Source: Oscillospiraceae bacterium (GTDB lineage Bacteria > Bacillota > Clostridia > Oscillospirales > Oscillospiraceae). From it: 58,747 nt of DNA. Positions 7,382 through 15,903 of this stretch are shown here, one piece after another. The stretch is taken from assembly GCA_017440525.1 (NCBI GenBank), contig JAFSHB010000091.1:1-58747 (forward strand), in the 5' to 3' direction. The translations under genes and the position numbers were made by a program. The notes beneath the pieces are model-generated. The model was not told the DNA's origin and did not search any database. It saw nothing but the letters and a program-made list of their open reading frames with translations. Within the stretch, counting starts at the first letter, position 1. Each line of letters begins with the position of its first letter.

Positions 7382-9232
7382 TTACAACTTTTCGGTCATT
7401 TGCTTCTCTAATTCAGGCACAATCTGGAATAGATCACCCACGATGCCGTAATTTGCGATACCGAAGATCTCCGCCTTGGGATCGGAGTTGATGGCAACCA
7501 CACAGCGGGCATCGGCAACACCGGTCATGTGCATAGCAGAGCCGGAAATGCCGCAGGCAAAATAGATGGTGGGGCGCAATGTTCTGCCGTTGACACCGAT
7601 CTGATACTGGGGAGAGATCATCCGAAGTTCCACCGCACCACGGGATGCACCAATATCCGCACCAATGGCATCGGCAAAATCACAGCACAGGTCAAAGCCG
7701 TCCATATCCCGTATGCCTCTGCCCATGCCGACAACCATAGAAATCTCGTTGCCGTTCTGAAGCTGGAAACCAGGAGCGTCGGTTTGGCTCAGCACACGGA
7801 TCTTGTCAGCAATCCCGGATTTGGATACGCTGACACGGATGATCTGCGGATCACCGCCGCCCATGGCAGGTTTCAGAAACACACCCTCACGGATGGTTCC
7901 CATCTGGGGGCGCTTCTCTTTGCAGATAATGTCTGCCATCAGCTTGCCACCGTAGGCAGGACGACTCCAAATAATACCGCCCTTTTCACCGTCATAGCGA
8001 ACAGAGGTGCATTCCGCTGTCAAACCGGTATGGAAACGGGCGGCGATCCGTGCAGCCAGTTCCTTGCCGAACTCTGTGCCGCCGATCAGCAATCCCTCCG
8101 GCTGATACTGCCGGATAATACCCGCTACCGCTTCGGTATAGGAGGTGGACAGATAATTGCGTAATGTTTCATCCTGGCAGGAGATGATCTCGTCCACCGG
8201 GTATTGGGCAAGCTCTGCTTCTGCCTTGCGGTTGTCCCATCCTGCCAGGATGGCGCATACCCGCAGCTTTGCCGCTGCTCCGATCTCCAACGCAGGAGTC
8301 AGCAGTTCCAGACCAAGACTTTTGCAGGAGCCGTCTTTGTTCTGCTCCACAAAGACGCAAATGCGTCCGCTGCCGGTGTCGGTGTTTCGTGTGGTTTCTG
8401 TTTCCTGGACGGTGGTTTTTGTGCCCAGTAGTCCATCCTCTTGCAAGTGCCGAAGAAGAACACCAACCTTTTCTTTGGGTGTACCCTTATCAATGATAAC
8501 ATTATTCCGCTGAGCAGATGGCACGAAGCTGCGAACCACCTTGGTGGCAGAACCACGCAGACCGATCTCGTCTTGATTTAGCCAGGGCTCCAGATCGGCA
8601 AGGCTGAGCCGGGGGATGACGATTTCTTCCGCCTTTTCCAACCGTTCATGGATGGCGGAACGCAGAAACACATCTCCGCTGAGAGGATAAGTAACAAGCA
8701 GAGGAAAGGCGGCATCCACAAGCAGCTTTTTATCGTCAGCGGTGTACTCAATCTGACAGGAGATGCCGGTGTAATCCAATCGGGAAATGTTGGCAAAATG
8801 ATGGATGTTCAGCAGCTCCGCCAGTTCCGGGCCTACCTGCCCGGTTTCTCCGTCAATGGTGCTTTTTCCGCAGAAAATCATATCGAAGTTTTCTCCGCTG
8901 CGCTGCTGTTCATATTGGATAGCCGCCGCCAAAACGGAAGCGGTTGCAAAGGTATCGGAACCACCGAAAGCGGGATCGGTCAGCAGTATCGCCCGGTCAG
9001 CGCCCACCAAATAAGCAGAAACCAGTTCTGCTTCTGCCTGGGGTGCGCCCATGGAGATGGCCGTGACTTTTCCGCCGAACTGATCTTTCATACGCAGTGC
9101 TTTTTCCAGCACATAGTGGTCAGCGGGATTCATAATGGTGTTGATGCCGTGTCGAACCAAACGGTGAGTCTTTGGGTCAATGGTCATATGCCCGGTATTG
9201 AGAACCTGCTTGATGCAGACAAGAATATTCAT
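7382..9232 (-). CDS. Electron transfer flavoprotein, fused beta (N-terminal) and alpha (C-terminal) subunits
   Basis: The N-terminal ~260 aa (MNILVCIKQV...PADHYVLEKALRMK..) is EtfB-like. After a T/E-rich linker the C-terminal ~320 aa is EtfA-like (..YFACGISGSAMHMTG.. FAD-binding segment). It is one uninterrupted ORF. Start taken at ATG 9232 behind GGAGG. Confidence 0.8.
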   Translation of the reverse strand: MNILVCIKQVLNTGHMTIDPKTHRLVRHGINTIMNPADHYVLEKALRMKDQFGGKVTAISMGAPQAEAELVSAYLVGADRAILLTDPAFGGSDTFATASVLAAAIQYEQQRSGENFDMIFCGKSTIDGETGQVGPELAELLNIHHFANISRLDYTGISCQIEYTADDKKLLVDAAFPLLVTYPLSGDVFLRSAIHERLEKAEEIVIPRLSLADLEPWLNQDEIGLRGSATKVVRSFVPSAQRNNVIIDKGTPKEKVGVLLRHLQEDGLLGTKTTVQETETTRNTDTGSGRICVFVEQNKDGSCKSLGLELLTPALEIGAAAKLRVCAILAGWDNRKAEAELAQYPVDEIISCQDETLRNYLSTSYTEAVAGIIRQYQPEGLLIGGTEFGKELAARIAARFHTGLTAECTSVRYDGEKGGIIWSRPAYGGKLMADIICKEKRPQMGTIREGVFLKPAMGGGDPQIIRVSVSKSGIADKIRVLSQTDAPGFQLQNGNEISMVVGMGRGIRDMDGFDLCCDFADAIGADIGASRGAVELRMISPQYQIGVNGRTLRPTIYFACGISGSAMHMTGVADARCVVAINSDPKAEIFGIANYGIVGDLFQIVPELEKQMTEKL

Positions 9233-9287
9233 AAAAGCCTCCAAGCTGTATATTCTCCTTTATTTTAGCACACTCTCCCAAAGCAGA

Positions 9288-9318
9288 AAACCATACAAAA
9301 TCCCAATCTGTATGGTTT
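9288..9318. promoter_or_regulatory. 10-bp inverted repeat (aaaccataca-N11-tgtatggttt), candidate TetR operator
   Basis: Perfect inverted repeat in the divergent etf/tetR intergenic region, abutting the tetR -35 box. Confidence 0.45.
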
Positions 9319-9321
9319 GCT

Positions 9322-9350
9322 TTGACATTTTCTTTTCTCTGTGAGATAAT
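9322..9350 (+). promoter_or_regulatory. Candidate promoter of the TetR gene (TTGACA-17-GATAAT)
   Basis: Consensus -35 box, 17-nt spacer, ~18 nt before ATG 9368. Confidence 0.5.
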
Positions 9351-9367
9351 AACCGTGAGGTGATCCC

Positions 9368-9925
9368 ATGTCCTTACCAAACGGAACCAAGTGGCTCTTT
9401 GCCCAGACCCTGCGGCAGATGCTTTTGACACGGAGCTTTCGGCAAATCAAAATAACCGATCTGTGCGCTGCCTGCGGCGCAGACCGGCAGACCTTTTATT
9501 ATCATTTCAAAGATAAGTACGATCTGGTGGCCTGGGTCTATGAGCAGACCTTCCAGGGGATCCTCCGGGAATCCGGCGGTGTTTTTCGCTTTGAAGAAAT
9601 GGTGATGCTACTGAAAGCCTTGCAGGAAGACCGTGCCTTTTACAGAAAGGTCTTTGACGATCATTCTCAGAATGCGCTGCCATCCTACATCCAGCAGGTC
9701 AATCAAGCCTATGTGCGGACATTTCTGCTCCGGGAATCCCAAACTGCAACCCTGCCTGACGAAACAGAGTTTGCCATCCGTTTCTATTGCTATGCCTGGA
9801 TCGGCTGCTGGAAGGAATGGATCATGGGCGAGAGCAGTTACAGCGCAGAGGAATACGCAAGGCTTCTCTATGCCCATAGCCGTCTGTTGGGTATACCAAA
9901 CGAGCCGAGACTGCTGCATAACTAA
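9368..9925 (+). CDS. TetR/AcrR-family transcriptional regulator (DhaS-like C-terminal domain)
   Basis: HTH segment FRQIKITDLCAACGADRQTFYYHFKDKYDL, followed by the helical C-terminal domain typical of the family. Confidence 0.8.
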   Translation: MSLPNGTKWLFAQTLRQMLLTRSFRQIKITDLCAACGADRQTFYYHFKDKYDLVAWVYEQTFQGILRESGGVFRFEEMVMLLKALQEDRAFYRKVFDDHSQNALPSYIQQVNQAYVRTFLLRESQTATLPDETEFAIRFYCYAWIGCWKEWIMGESSYSAEEYARLLYAHSRLLGIPNEPRLLHN

Positions 9926-9988
9926 AATATACCGCTATTTTCAAGCGGTTTAGAGGATTTTCTAGAGCAATTCCAATTTTCTAAACGG

Positions 9989-10023
9989 AAAAAGGAGTCA
10001 CCCTTGATAGGTGACTCCTTTTT
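9989..10023. terminator. Bidirectional terminator between the TetR and serine recombinase genes
   Basis: Stem aaaaaggagtcacc / ggtgactccttttt. Confidence 0.6.
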
Positions 10024-10588
10024 AGATGTGATGTTTAGCTCTAATCAATGTGCTTTTACTGATCCCTGTCATGATGGTGATCTGGCGGTAAGTGTTGCCC
10101 TGTTCCAGAAGGGACAACGCAAGTTCGATCTGCTCCGGCGAGAACTTCTTTGGTCTGCCGTCCTTGAAATTGGGATCCTGCTTGGCAGCTGCCTTGCCTG
10201 TTTGGGTTCGCTCGACGATCATTCCCCTCTCGTATTCCGCAAAGACAAGCATGACAGTCAAAATCAAATTGCCTGTTAAAGTGTTTTCAATCAGACCCAT
10301 GTTCAAAATATGTACTCTGATACCTCTTTCAAACAACTTTTTAACAGTCTGGACACCTTCAATTGCGGTTCGGGCAAACCGATCCAATTTGCAGACCACC
10401 AAAGTGTCTCCCTCTTGGAGTTGTTCCAGAAGTCGCATGAACTTCGGTCTTTCCATGGTCTTTCCTGTGAATGCTTCTTGAACGATCTCTTGGCAGCCGT
10501 TTTTCTCCAAAGCAGCCACCTGATCTTCCAGACTGTTTCCGTCTCTGCCCTGCGTGGCAGTTGATACTCTCGCATAGCCGTAAATCAT
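10022..10588 (-). CDS. Small serine recombinase (resolvase/invertase family)
   Basis: [13 protein letters not shown] catalytic Ser motif, resolvase core and C-terminal HTH ([19 protein letters not shown]). Start at ATG 10588 behind GGAGG; the longest ORF extends to 10627. Confidence 0.88.
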   Translation of the reverse strand: MIYGYARVSTATQGRDGNSLEDQVAALEKNGCQEIVQEAFTGKTMERPKFMRLLEQLQEGDTLVVCKLDRFARTAIEGVQTVKKLFERGIRVHILNMGLIENTLTGNLILTVMLVFAEYERGMIVERTQTGKAAAKQDPNFKDGRPKKFSPEQIELALSLLEQGNTYRQITIMTGISKSTLIRAKHHI

Positions 10589-10818
10589 GGCTTTTTCCTC
10601 CGTTTTTATGACACTAAGTTCTGACACCGATTCTTTGAATGATGTTCAAATCTTGCATTATTCTGTTCGCCATTTTATAATAGATACATGAGATCATTTA
10701 AGTTCTGAAAACTGCGTGAGTTCAAGTACTGCGTGAGAATGAGTTGCCCTGAAACATAGCATTCCCAAGCCTTTGAGCCTTGCGCCGCCAAGCGGCGAAA
10801 GAAGCGAAAAGGTGGGGC

Positions 10819-10869
10819 TGAATGGCATTCAAGAGGTCAGCGGTTCGATCCCGCTTATCTCCACCAAAA
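10819..10869 (+). repeat. 51-bp direct repeat, copy 2 (attR; orphan 3' half of tRNA-Ala)
   Basis: Identical to 3923..3973. No 5' half of a tRNA precedes it. Confidence 0.9.
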
Positions 10870-10914
10870 AAAGAAAGACATCCTTTGGATGTCTTTCTTT
10901 TTTTGGTGGAGATA
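10856..10914 (+). terminator. Perfect 28-bp-stem hairpin that incorporates the tRNA 3' end (probable native tRNA terminator)
   Basis: tatctccaccaaaaaaagaaagacatcc / ttt / ggatgtctttctttttttggtggagata. Confidence 0.6.
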
Positions 10915-11118
10915 GGTTTGGGTGAGAAGCATCGTTCGAAGGCAAGCATTTTGCCGGAGACAGCCGGCAGCCGCACATTTGTGCGGCGTACTTTTGCCGC
11001 AGGCAAAAGAAAATGCGCAGCCTCACGAAGCAGCGAAGCTGCGGAGTATCCCGCTCATCTCAAGCACTTTTCACTATACAAATAGACCACAGGGACCATC
11101 TTCCGTTTTCCCTGCGGT

Positions 11119-11325
11119 CTATTTTTCGTCTACATATTCAATTACATCCTCTACTCTGCACTCAAGCAGTTTGCAAAGTAAGGCAATGGTATTCGTTGAG
11201 GTACTGTTGCCACTCTTGATCGAATAGTAGGTCGCTCTGTTGAAGCCCATCTTCTGTAGTTGATAAGAGGTGATACCCTTCTTTTTCATCGTCCTGAAAA
11301 GGGGCTCATAACTCACTTTTGCCAT
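11119..11325 (-). CDS. XRE-family helix-turn-helix transcriptional regulator
   Basis: 68 aa. GITSYQLQKMGFNRATYYSIKSGNSTSTNTIALLCKLL is a classic Cro/CI-type HTH. Confidence 0.75.
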   Translation of the reverse strand: MAKVSYEPLFRTMKKKGITSYQLQKMGFNRATYYSIKSGNSTSTNTIALLCKLLECRVEDVIEYVDEK

Positions 11326-11426
11326 AAGCACCACCCATATACTTGTTTATTTAAGTATATTGTGTGGAACATCATCTTGAATATGTCTAAATATCTGAGT
11401 ATAATCGATATGGCGAGGTGGTGTTT

Positions 11427-11906
11427 ATGAGAGAATGGACCAGCTGTTTTACCGGACATAGAGATCTGCCCGTAGATGAGATACAAGAGATCGAAGCACG
11501 CACGATCCATTAGATTCGCAAGCTCATCATCGAACATGGTGTTCGTTACTTTGGTGTAGGAGGTGCGATCGGCTATGACACCCTCGCCGCAAAAGCATTG
11601 TTTCAGATCAAAGAACGCGAATTCCCTCATATCAAAATAATACTGGTCTATCCTTTTGAACAGTTTACGGCCAGGTGGTCCCCTATTCAAAAGGCTGAGT
11701 ATAAAAAACTTTTTCCAAAGTATGACAAGTGTGTCTGCATATGCAAGGAGCCGAACCGAGAGGCCTATCTGTCAAGAGATAGGCACCTCATAGATAACTC
11801 TGCCTATTGCATCGCCTACTGCGTCCGAAATTTTGGTGGCAGTGCTTACACAGTGAAGTATGCTATGCAAAAAGGAGTGCAGATTCGGAACATCGCGCAC
11901 AAATGA
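11427..11906 (+). pseudogene. DUF1273/SLOG-family protein gene interrupted by an in-frame TAG (11511..11513)
   Basis: ATG 11427 reads MREWTSCFTGHRDLPVDEIQEIEARTIH*IRKLIIEHGVRYFGVGGAIGYDTLAAKALFQIKEREFPHIKIILVYPFEQ.., all in the same frame as the 11598..11906 ORF. CFTGHR and GGAxGxD are family hallmarks. Confidence 0.7.
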
Positions 11907-12125
11907 ATCACGATCAGCTTGCGTTTTCACATGCCGTTTTGAGCATCGGTCTCTCCCCCCCCTGTTTCCTCATCACCGTGATCCATCATTTTTGCAGAAA
12001 CATACTGCATCCGGGCGAAAAGTATGTTATAATGGATGTTCAGTCACCGATCCGGCGTCTGTCGGTGCTAATATTTTGTGGCTGAGGAAAAGTGTGTTGA
12101 CCTTACACGGTCAAAGGAGGACTTT

Positions 12126-13340
12126 ATGAAAAAAACGATCTGCGAGCTCTTCGCAGGTGTGGGCGGGTTCCGCTTGGGATTTGACCGCCTTCAGACCGGC
12201 TGGGAGACCACATGGTTCTCCCAATGGGAGCCGGGCGCAAAGACCCAATGGGCTCACGACTGCTATGTACGCCATCATGGTGACTGTGCCGATCTGCAAG
12301 GCGAATACCACACCGGTGAGGATATCAGCACCATAGACAAGACTGTGATCCCCGACCACTCGGTCTTGGTGGGTGGTTTCCCCTGCCAGGACTACAGCGT
12401 GGCACATACCTTAGCTTCTTCCAAGGGCATCGAGGGCAAGAAGGGCGTGCTTTGGTGGCAGATTCGAGATACGCTCATCGCAAAGAAGGCATCCTTCTGT
12501 ATTTTTGAGAATGTGGACCGGCTCCTCAAATCCCCCGCCTCTCAGCGAGGCAGAGACTTCGGCATCATTTTGGCATGCCTTGCGGAGCTGGGCTACAGCG
12601 CCGAATGGCGAGTCGTCAACGCCGCACAGTACGGTGCGGCCCAGCGCCGCCGCAGGATCTTCATCTTTGCCTATCGCAACGATACCGCATACGCAAAAAA
12701 AATGGAACTTTGCTCCGCGAACGCTGTCATCCGTAAAGACGGCTTTATGGCCAAGGCCTTCCCTGTTTCCCAGATCGGCGATATCACCACCGCGAGCCTC
12801 GACACTGATATCGTTTCTGTGAGCGACAGCTTCCGCTTTGCCTTTGAAAATGCCGGCTATATGCAGGACGGCGAGATCTATACGGCAAAGATCGAAGAGA
12901 CGGAAGAAGCCCCCATCCCGCTGGGACAGGTCCTACAGCGTGATGTTGATGAAAAATATTATATCCCCACAGAGAAGATCGCCAAGTGGACCTACCTGAA
13001 GGGTGCGAAAAAGATTCCCAGAACTTCTGCCGATGGCCACGAGTATGTCTTCTCCGAAGGGCCGATCGCGTTCCCCGATCCGTGGGACAAGCCCAGCCGC
13101 ACCATGCTGACCAGTGAATCTACCCTCAACCGCTCTACCCATGTGGTCACAGACCCCGGTACAGGCAGGTTGCGTCTTCTGACCCCTGTGGAGGCCGAAC
13201 GGCTGCAGGGATTTGATGACCAGTGGACCAACGGCATGCCGGACAGGATGCGATATTTCTGCATGGGAAATGCCCTGGTCGTCTCCATGGTCACGAGGAT
13301 GGGAACGGTGCTCGACACCATCATCGCGAAAGAGCCGTAA
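12126..13340 (+). CDS. dcm: DNA (cytosine-5)-methyltransferase
   Basis: Motif I FAGVGG, motif IV FPCQDYS, motif VI ENV, QRRRR and C-terminal GNA. Start at MKKTICELFAGVGG. Confidence 0.9.
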   Translation: MKKTICELFAGVGGFRLGFDRLQTGWETTWFSQWEPGAKTQWAHDCYVRHHGDCADLQGEYHTGEDISTIDKTVIPDHSVLVGGFPCQDYSVAHTLASSKGIEGKKGVLWWQIRDTLIAKKASFCIFENVDRLLKSPASQRGRDFGIILACLAELGYSAEWRVVNAAQYGAAQRRRRIFIFAYRNDTAYAKKMELCSANAVIRKDGFMAKAFPVSQIGDITTASLDTDIVSVSDSFRFAFENAGYMQDGEIYTAKIEETEEAPIPLGQVLQRDVDEKYYIPTEKIAKWTYLKGAKKIPRTSADGHEYVFSEGPIAFPDPWDKPSRTMLTSESTLNRSTHVVTDPGTGRLRLLTPVEAERLQGFDDQWTNGMPDRMRYFCMGNALVVSMVTRMGTVLDTIIAKEP

Positions 13341-13341
13341 G

Positions 13342-13809
13342 ATGAAGCATCCAAAGGCCTATGACTCCACGCCCCAGACCCGAGCACGGATGTCCCGTGT
13401 TCGGCTCAAGGGCGGCAAGGCGGAACAGATCCTTGCAAAAGCCCTCTGGAAAAAGGGCTACCGCTATCGCAAAAACGACAAACGGCTGCCCGGCTCCCCC
13501 GACATCGCCATTTTGAAGCATCACATCGCCGTGTTCGTAGACGGTGAGTTTTGGCACGGGCAAAACTGGGAGTCACGGAAGTCAAAGCTACAGCGGAATC
13601 GAGAGTATTGGATCGAAAAAATCGAAGAAAACATAGCCCGTGATCGCCGCAACGATCAGCTTTTGCAGGACATGGGCTGGACCGCGATACATTTTTGGGA
13701 AAAAGAAGTCCTCAAGAGAACAGTCGACTGTGTTGCCGTGATCGAAGAGATCATCCTTACAGCGCTGATCGACCGTGCGGAAGAGCTCGTCCTGCCGCCG
13801 GAAGAATGA
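13342..13809 (+). CDS. vsr: Very-short-patch repair endonuclease
   Basis: PDIAILKHHIAVFVDGEFWHG and the downstream NxxRD segment are typical of Vsr. It starts 2 nt after the dcm stop. Confidence 0.88.
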   Translation: MKHPKAYDSTPQTRARMSRVRLKGGKAEQILAKALWKKGYRYRKNDKRLPGSPDIAILKHHIAVFVDGEFWHGQNWESRKSKLQRNREYWIEKIEENIARDRRNDQLLQDMGWTAIHFWEKEVLKRTVDCVAVIEEIILTALIDRAEELVLPPEE

Positions 13810-13885
13810 TCTTGACAGCTTGTCCCATTTATTGGACGGGCTCTATACTATACTGTCCTCAGCGTTTCGATCTGGAGGTATCTCA

Positions 13886-14422
13886 ATGAAAGAACGATAT
13901 ATCGTATTTGATGTGGAGACGCCCAATCGTGCCAATGACCGCATGAGTGCCATCGGCATCACAGTGGTGGAGGATGGGAAGATCCGCGACAGCTTTTATT
14001 CTCTGGTCGATCCCGAAGCCCGGTTCGACTATTTCAACATCCAACTGACCGGCATCTCGCCGGAGGATGTGAAGGATGCGCCTGATTTCGCCGCGCTTTG
14101 GCAGACCATCGAGCCGATCTTCTCCTCCGGCATCCTGGTGGCCCACAACGCCCCCTTTGACATGGGCGTCCTTGCCAAGTGTCTGCGGGCCTACGGTATC
14201 CGCTGGAAGGCACAGGCTTACTATGCCTGCACCTGCGCTATGGGAAAGCAGTGCTACCCGAATCTCCCCAACCACAAGCTGAACACCATGTGTGAAGCGC
14301 TGGGCATCAGCCTCGATCACCACCGGGCCGACAGCGACAGCACAGCCTGCGCCAAGCTCCTGCTGGACTATCAGGCACAGGGCTTCTCTGTCAGACCGTT
14401 CATCCGTACATACCGCTTGTGA
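13886..14422 (+). CDS. DEDDh 3'-5' exonuclease (DnaQ/PolC-exonuclease-like)
   Basis: Exo I VFDVETPN, Exo II LVAHNAPFDMGVL, Exo III HHRADSDSTA. GGAGG RBS before ATG 13886. Confidence 0.85.
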   Translation: MKERYIVFDVETPNRANDRMSAIGITVVEDGKIRDSFYSLVDPEARFDYFNIQLTGISPEDVKDAPDFAALWQTIEPIFSSGILVAHNAPFDMGVLAKCLRAYGIRWKAQAYYACTCAMGKQCYPNLPNHKLNTMCEALGISLDHHRADSDSTACAKLLLDYQAQGFSVRPFIRTYRL

Positions 14423-14433
14423 TGATACTGCGT

Positions 14434-14470
14434 ACCTCTCTGCCGACTTCGGCAGAGAGGTGCATTTTTT
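14434..14470 (+). terminator. Intrinsic terminator after the exonuclease gene
   Basis: Stem acctctctgccg / cggcagagaggt followed by gcatttttt. Confidence 0.7.
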
Positions 14471-14484
14471 AAACTGACAGTTTA

Positions 14485-14513
14485 TTGCAAAGGCTGGCAG
14501 ACAGTCGTATGAT
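14485..14513 (+). promoter_or_regulatory. Candidate promoter of the VWA-LRR-AAA operon (TTGCAA-17-TATGAT)
   Basis: Hexamers ~35 nt upstream of ATG 14549, which has an aaggagg RBS. Confidence 0.45.
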
Positions 14514-14548
14514 ATAGTGGGTATTCATTCAAAAGGAGGTGCTGTCTT

Positions 14549-15880
14549 ATGACGGAGGCACAGCAGGAACGGCTCATCGAGCTGGCCCGCGAAGCGCTGG
14601 ACAGCTCGCGGGATTCACTGATCATGAATCTGCGGTATATGGATCTGGCACTTGATCGGCTGGAGTATCATCCCATCGAAGTTTCCTCACTGCTCACAGA
14701 CGGAGATCATCTGCTCTTCCACCCGGAGCATGTCATGAAAAACTTCAGATCCGACGGATGCATCTGCACACGGGACTACCTTCATGTGGTCCTGCACTGT
14801 GTGTTCCGCCACATGTATCCGGCGCCTGCCCTTGACCGCCCCCTCTGGGATCTGGCCTGCGATATCGCGGTAGAGACGGTGATCTGTGAGATGGATATCG
14901 CTGCCGTGGAAGCGCCGCGCCAGAGTTCGCAGCTCCAGTATATCCGCGGGTTGAAGCATGATATCGGACAATTGACAGCAGAGAATATCTACCGCGCTCT
15001 GCTGAAGACTGAAGCGGACGGTCTGAAGGCCGCAGATCTGCGAGCCGCCTTCTACGCTGATGACCACGAGATCTGGTATATGACGGCAGAAGAGATCGAA
15101 CAGCGCTTCGGGCTCTCTCCAAACGGTCCCACCACCACCAGTAAGTCCGAATCCGAACAGGCGTGGCAGGAGATATCCTCCCGCATGGAGACGGAATTGG
15201 CTTCCTTCGGCAAACTCCCCGGCACCACCCCCGGCGATCTTCTCCAAAACCTCAGCGAGGTCAACCGCGAGCGGTATGATTACACCGCGTTCTTAAAAAA
15301 ATTTGCCGTCCTTGGCGAGGTCATGCAGATCAATGACGAGGAATTCGACTACATCTACTACACCTACGGCATGAAGCTCTACAAGAAGATGCCTCTGATC
15401 GAGCCTCTGGAATACAAGCAGGTCAAGCGCATCCGGGACTTCGTCATCGCCATCGACACCTCCGGCTCCACTTCCGGGGAACTGGTGCAGAAATTCGTCC
15501 AAAAGACCTACAACATCCTCAAATCTACGGAGAGTTTCTTTTCCAAGATCAATTTATACATCATCCAGTGTGACGCTGTCATCCAGGAGGCTGTGAAGAT
15601 CACCTCTCAGGAGGAGTTCGACGACTATCTCAAGCACATGCAGATCCACGGACTTGGCGGAACGGACTTCCGCCCCGTGTTCGACTATGTAGACAAGCTT
15701 CGGGCGAGCAAGGAGCTGACCGACCTGAAAGGCTTGATCTATCTCACCGACGGTTTCGGTGAGTTCCCTCGAAAGAGGCCCGACTATGAAACAGCCGTCG
15801 TCTATATCGAAGATGGCCGCAACAACCCGACCGTCCCACCTTGGGCCATCAAGCTGATCCTGCGGAGCAACGAGATCTGA
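14549..15880 (+). CDS. VWA-like domain protein with N-terminal putative metallopeptidase-like domain (DUF2201 type)
   Basis: The C-terminal segment VIAIDTSGSTSGE (MIDAS-like DxSGS) is a von Willebrand A fold. The N-terminal helical domain carries LHVVLHCVFRH. This is the typical partner of MoxR/AAA_5 ATPases. Confidence 0.7.
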   Translation: MTEAQQERLIELAREALDSSRDSLIMNLRYMDLALDRLEYHPIEVSSLLTDGDHLLFHPEHVMKNFRSDGCICTRDYLHVVLHCVFRHMYPAPALDRPLWDLACDIAVETVICEMDIAAVEAPRQSSQLQYIRGLKHDIGQLTAENIYRALLKTEADGLKAADLRAAFYADDHEIWYMTAEEIEQRFGLSPNGPTTTSKSESEQAWQEISSRMETELASFGKLPGTTPGDLLQNLSEVNRERYDYTAFLKKFAVLGEVMQINDEEFDYIYYTYGMKLYKKMPLIEPLEYKQVKRIRDFVIAIDTSGSTSGELVQKFVQKTYNILKSTESFFSKINLYIIQCDAVIQEAVKITSQEEFDDYLKHMQIHGLGGTDFRPVFDYVDKLRASKELTDLKGLIYLTDGFGEFPRKRPDYETAVVYIEDGRNNPTVPPWAIKLILRSNEI

Positions 15881-15903
15881 TTCGGAAGAAAGGAGAATGT
15901 CAT

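Noticed and set aside
10722-11227. Cluster of 65-101-aa ORFs on both strands (10722..11006, 10822..11085, 10829..11026, 10922..11227).
   Set aside because: They overlap the orphan tRNA fragment and the 28-bp-stem hairpin and overlap one another. They have no RBS and give low-complexity translations.
11511-11513. In-frame TAG as a pyrrolysine codon.
   Set aside because: No pyl genes or methylamine methyltransferase context are present in the window, and the host gene family (DUF1273/SLOG) is not known to use Pyl. I treated it as a nonsense mutation or error.
11313-11690. 125-aa minus-strand ORF.
   Set aside because: It is antisense to the N-terminal part of the DUF1273/SLOG reading frame, which shows the family hallmarks once the TAG is read through.
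11907-14548. Search for a restriction endonuclease partner of dcm, and for CRISPR arrays or transposases anywhere in the window.
   Set aside because: No unassigned ORF of suitable size flanks dcm-vsr. No regularly spaced repeat array or transposase-like ORF was seen on either strand.
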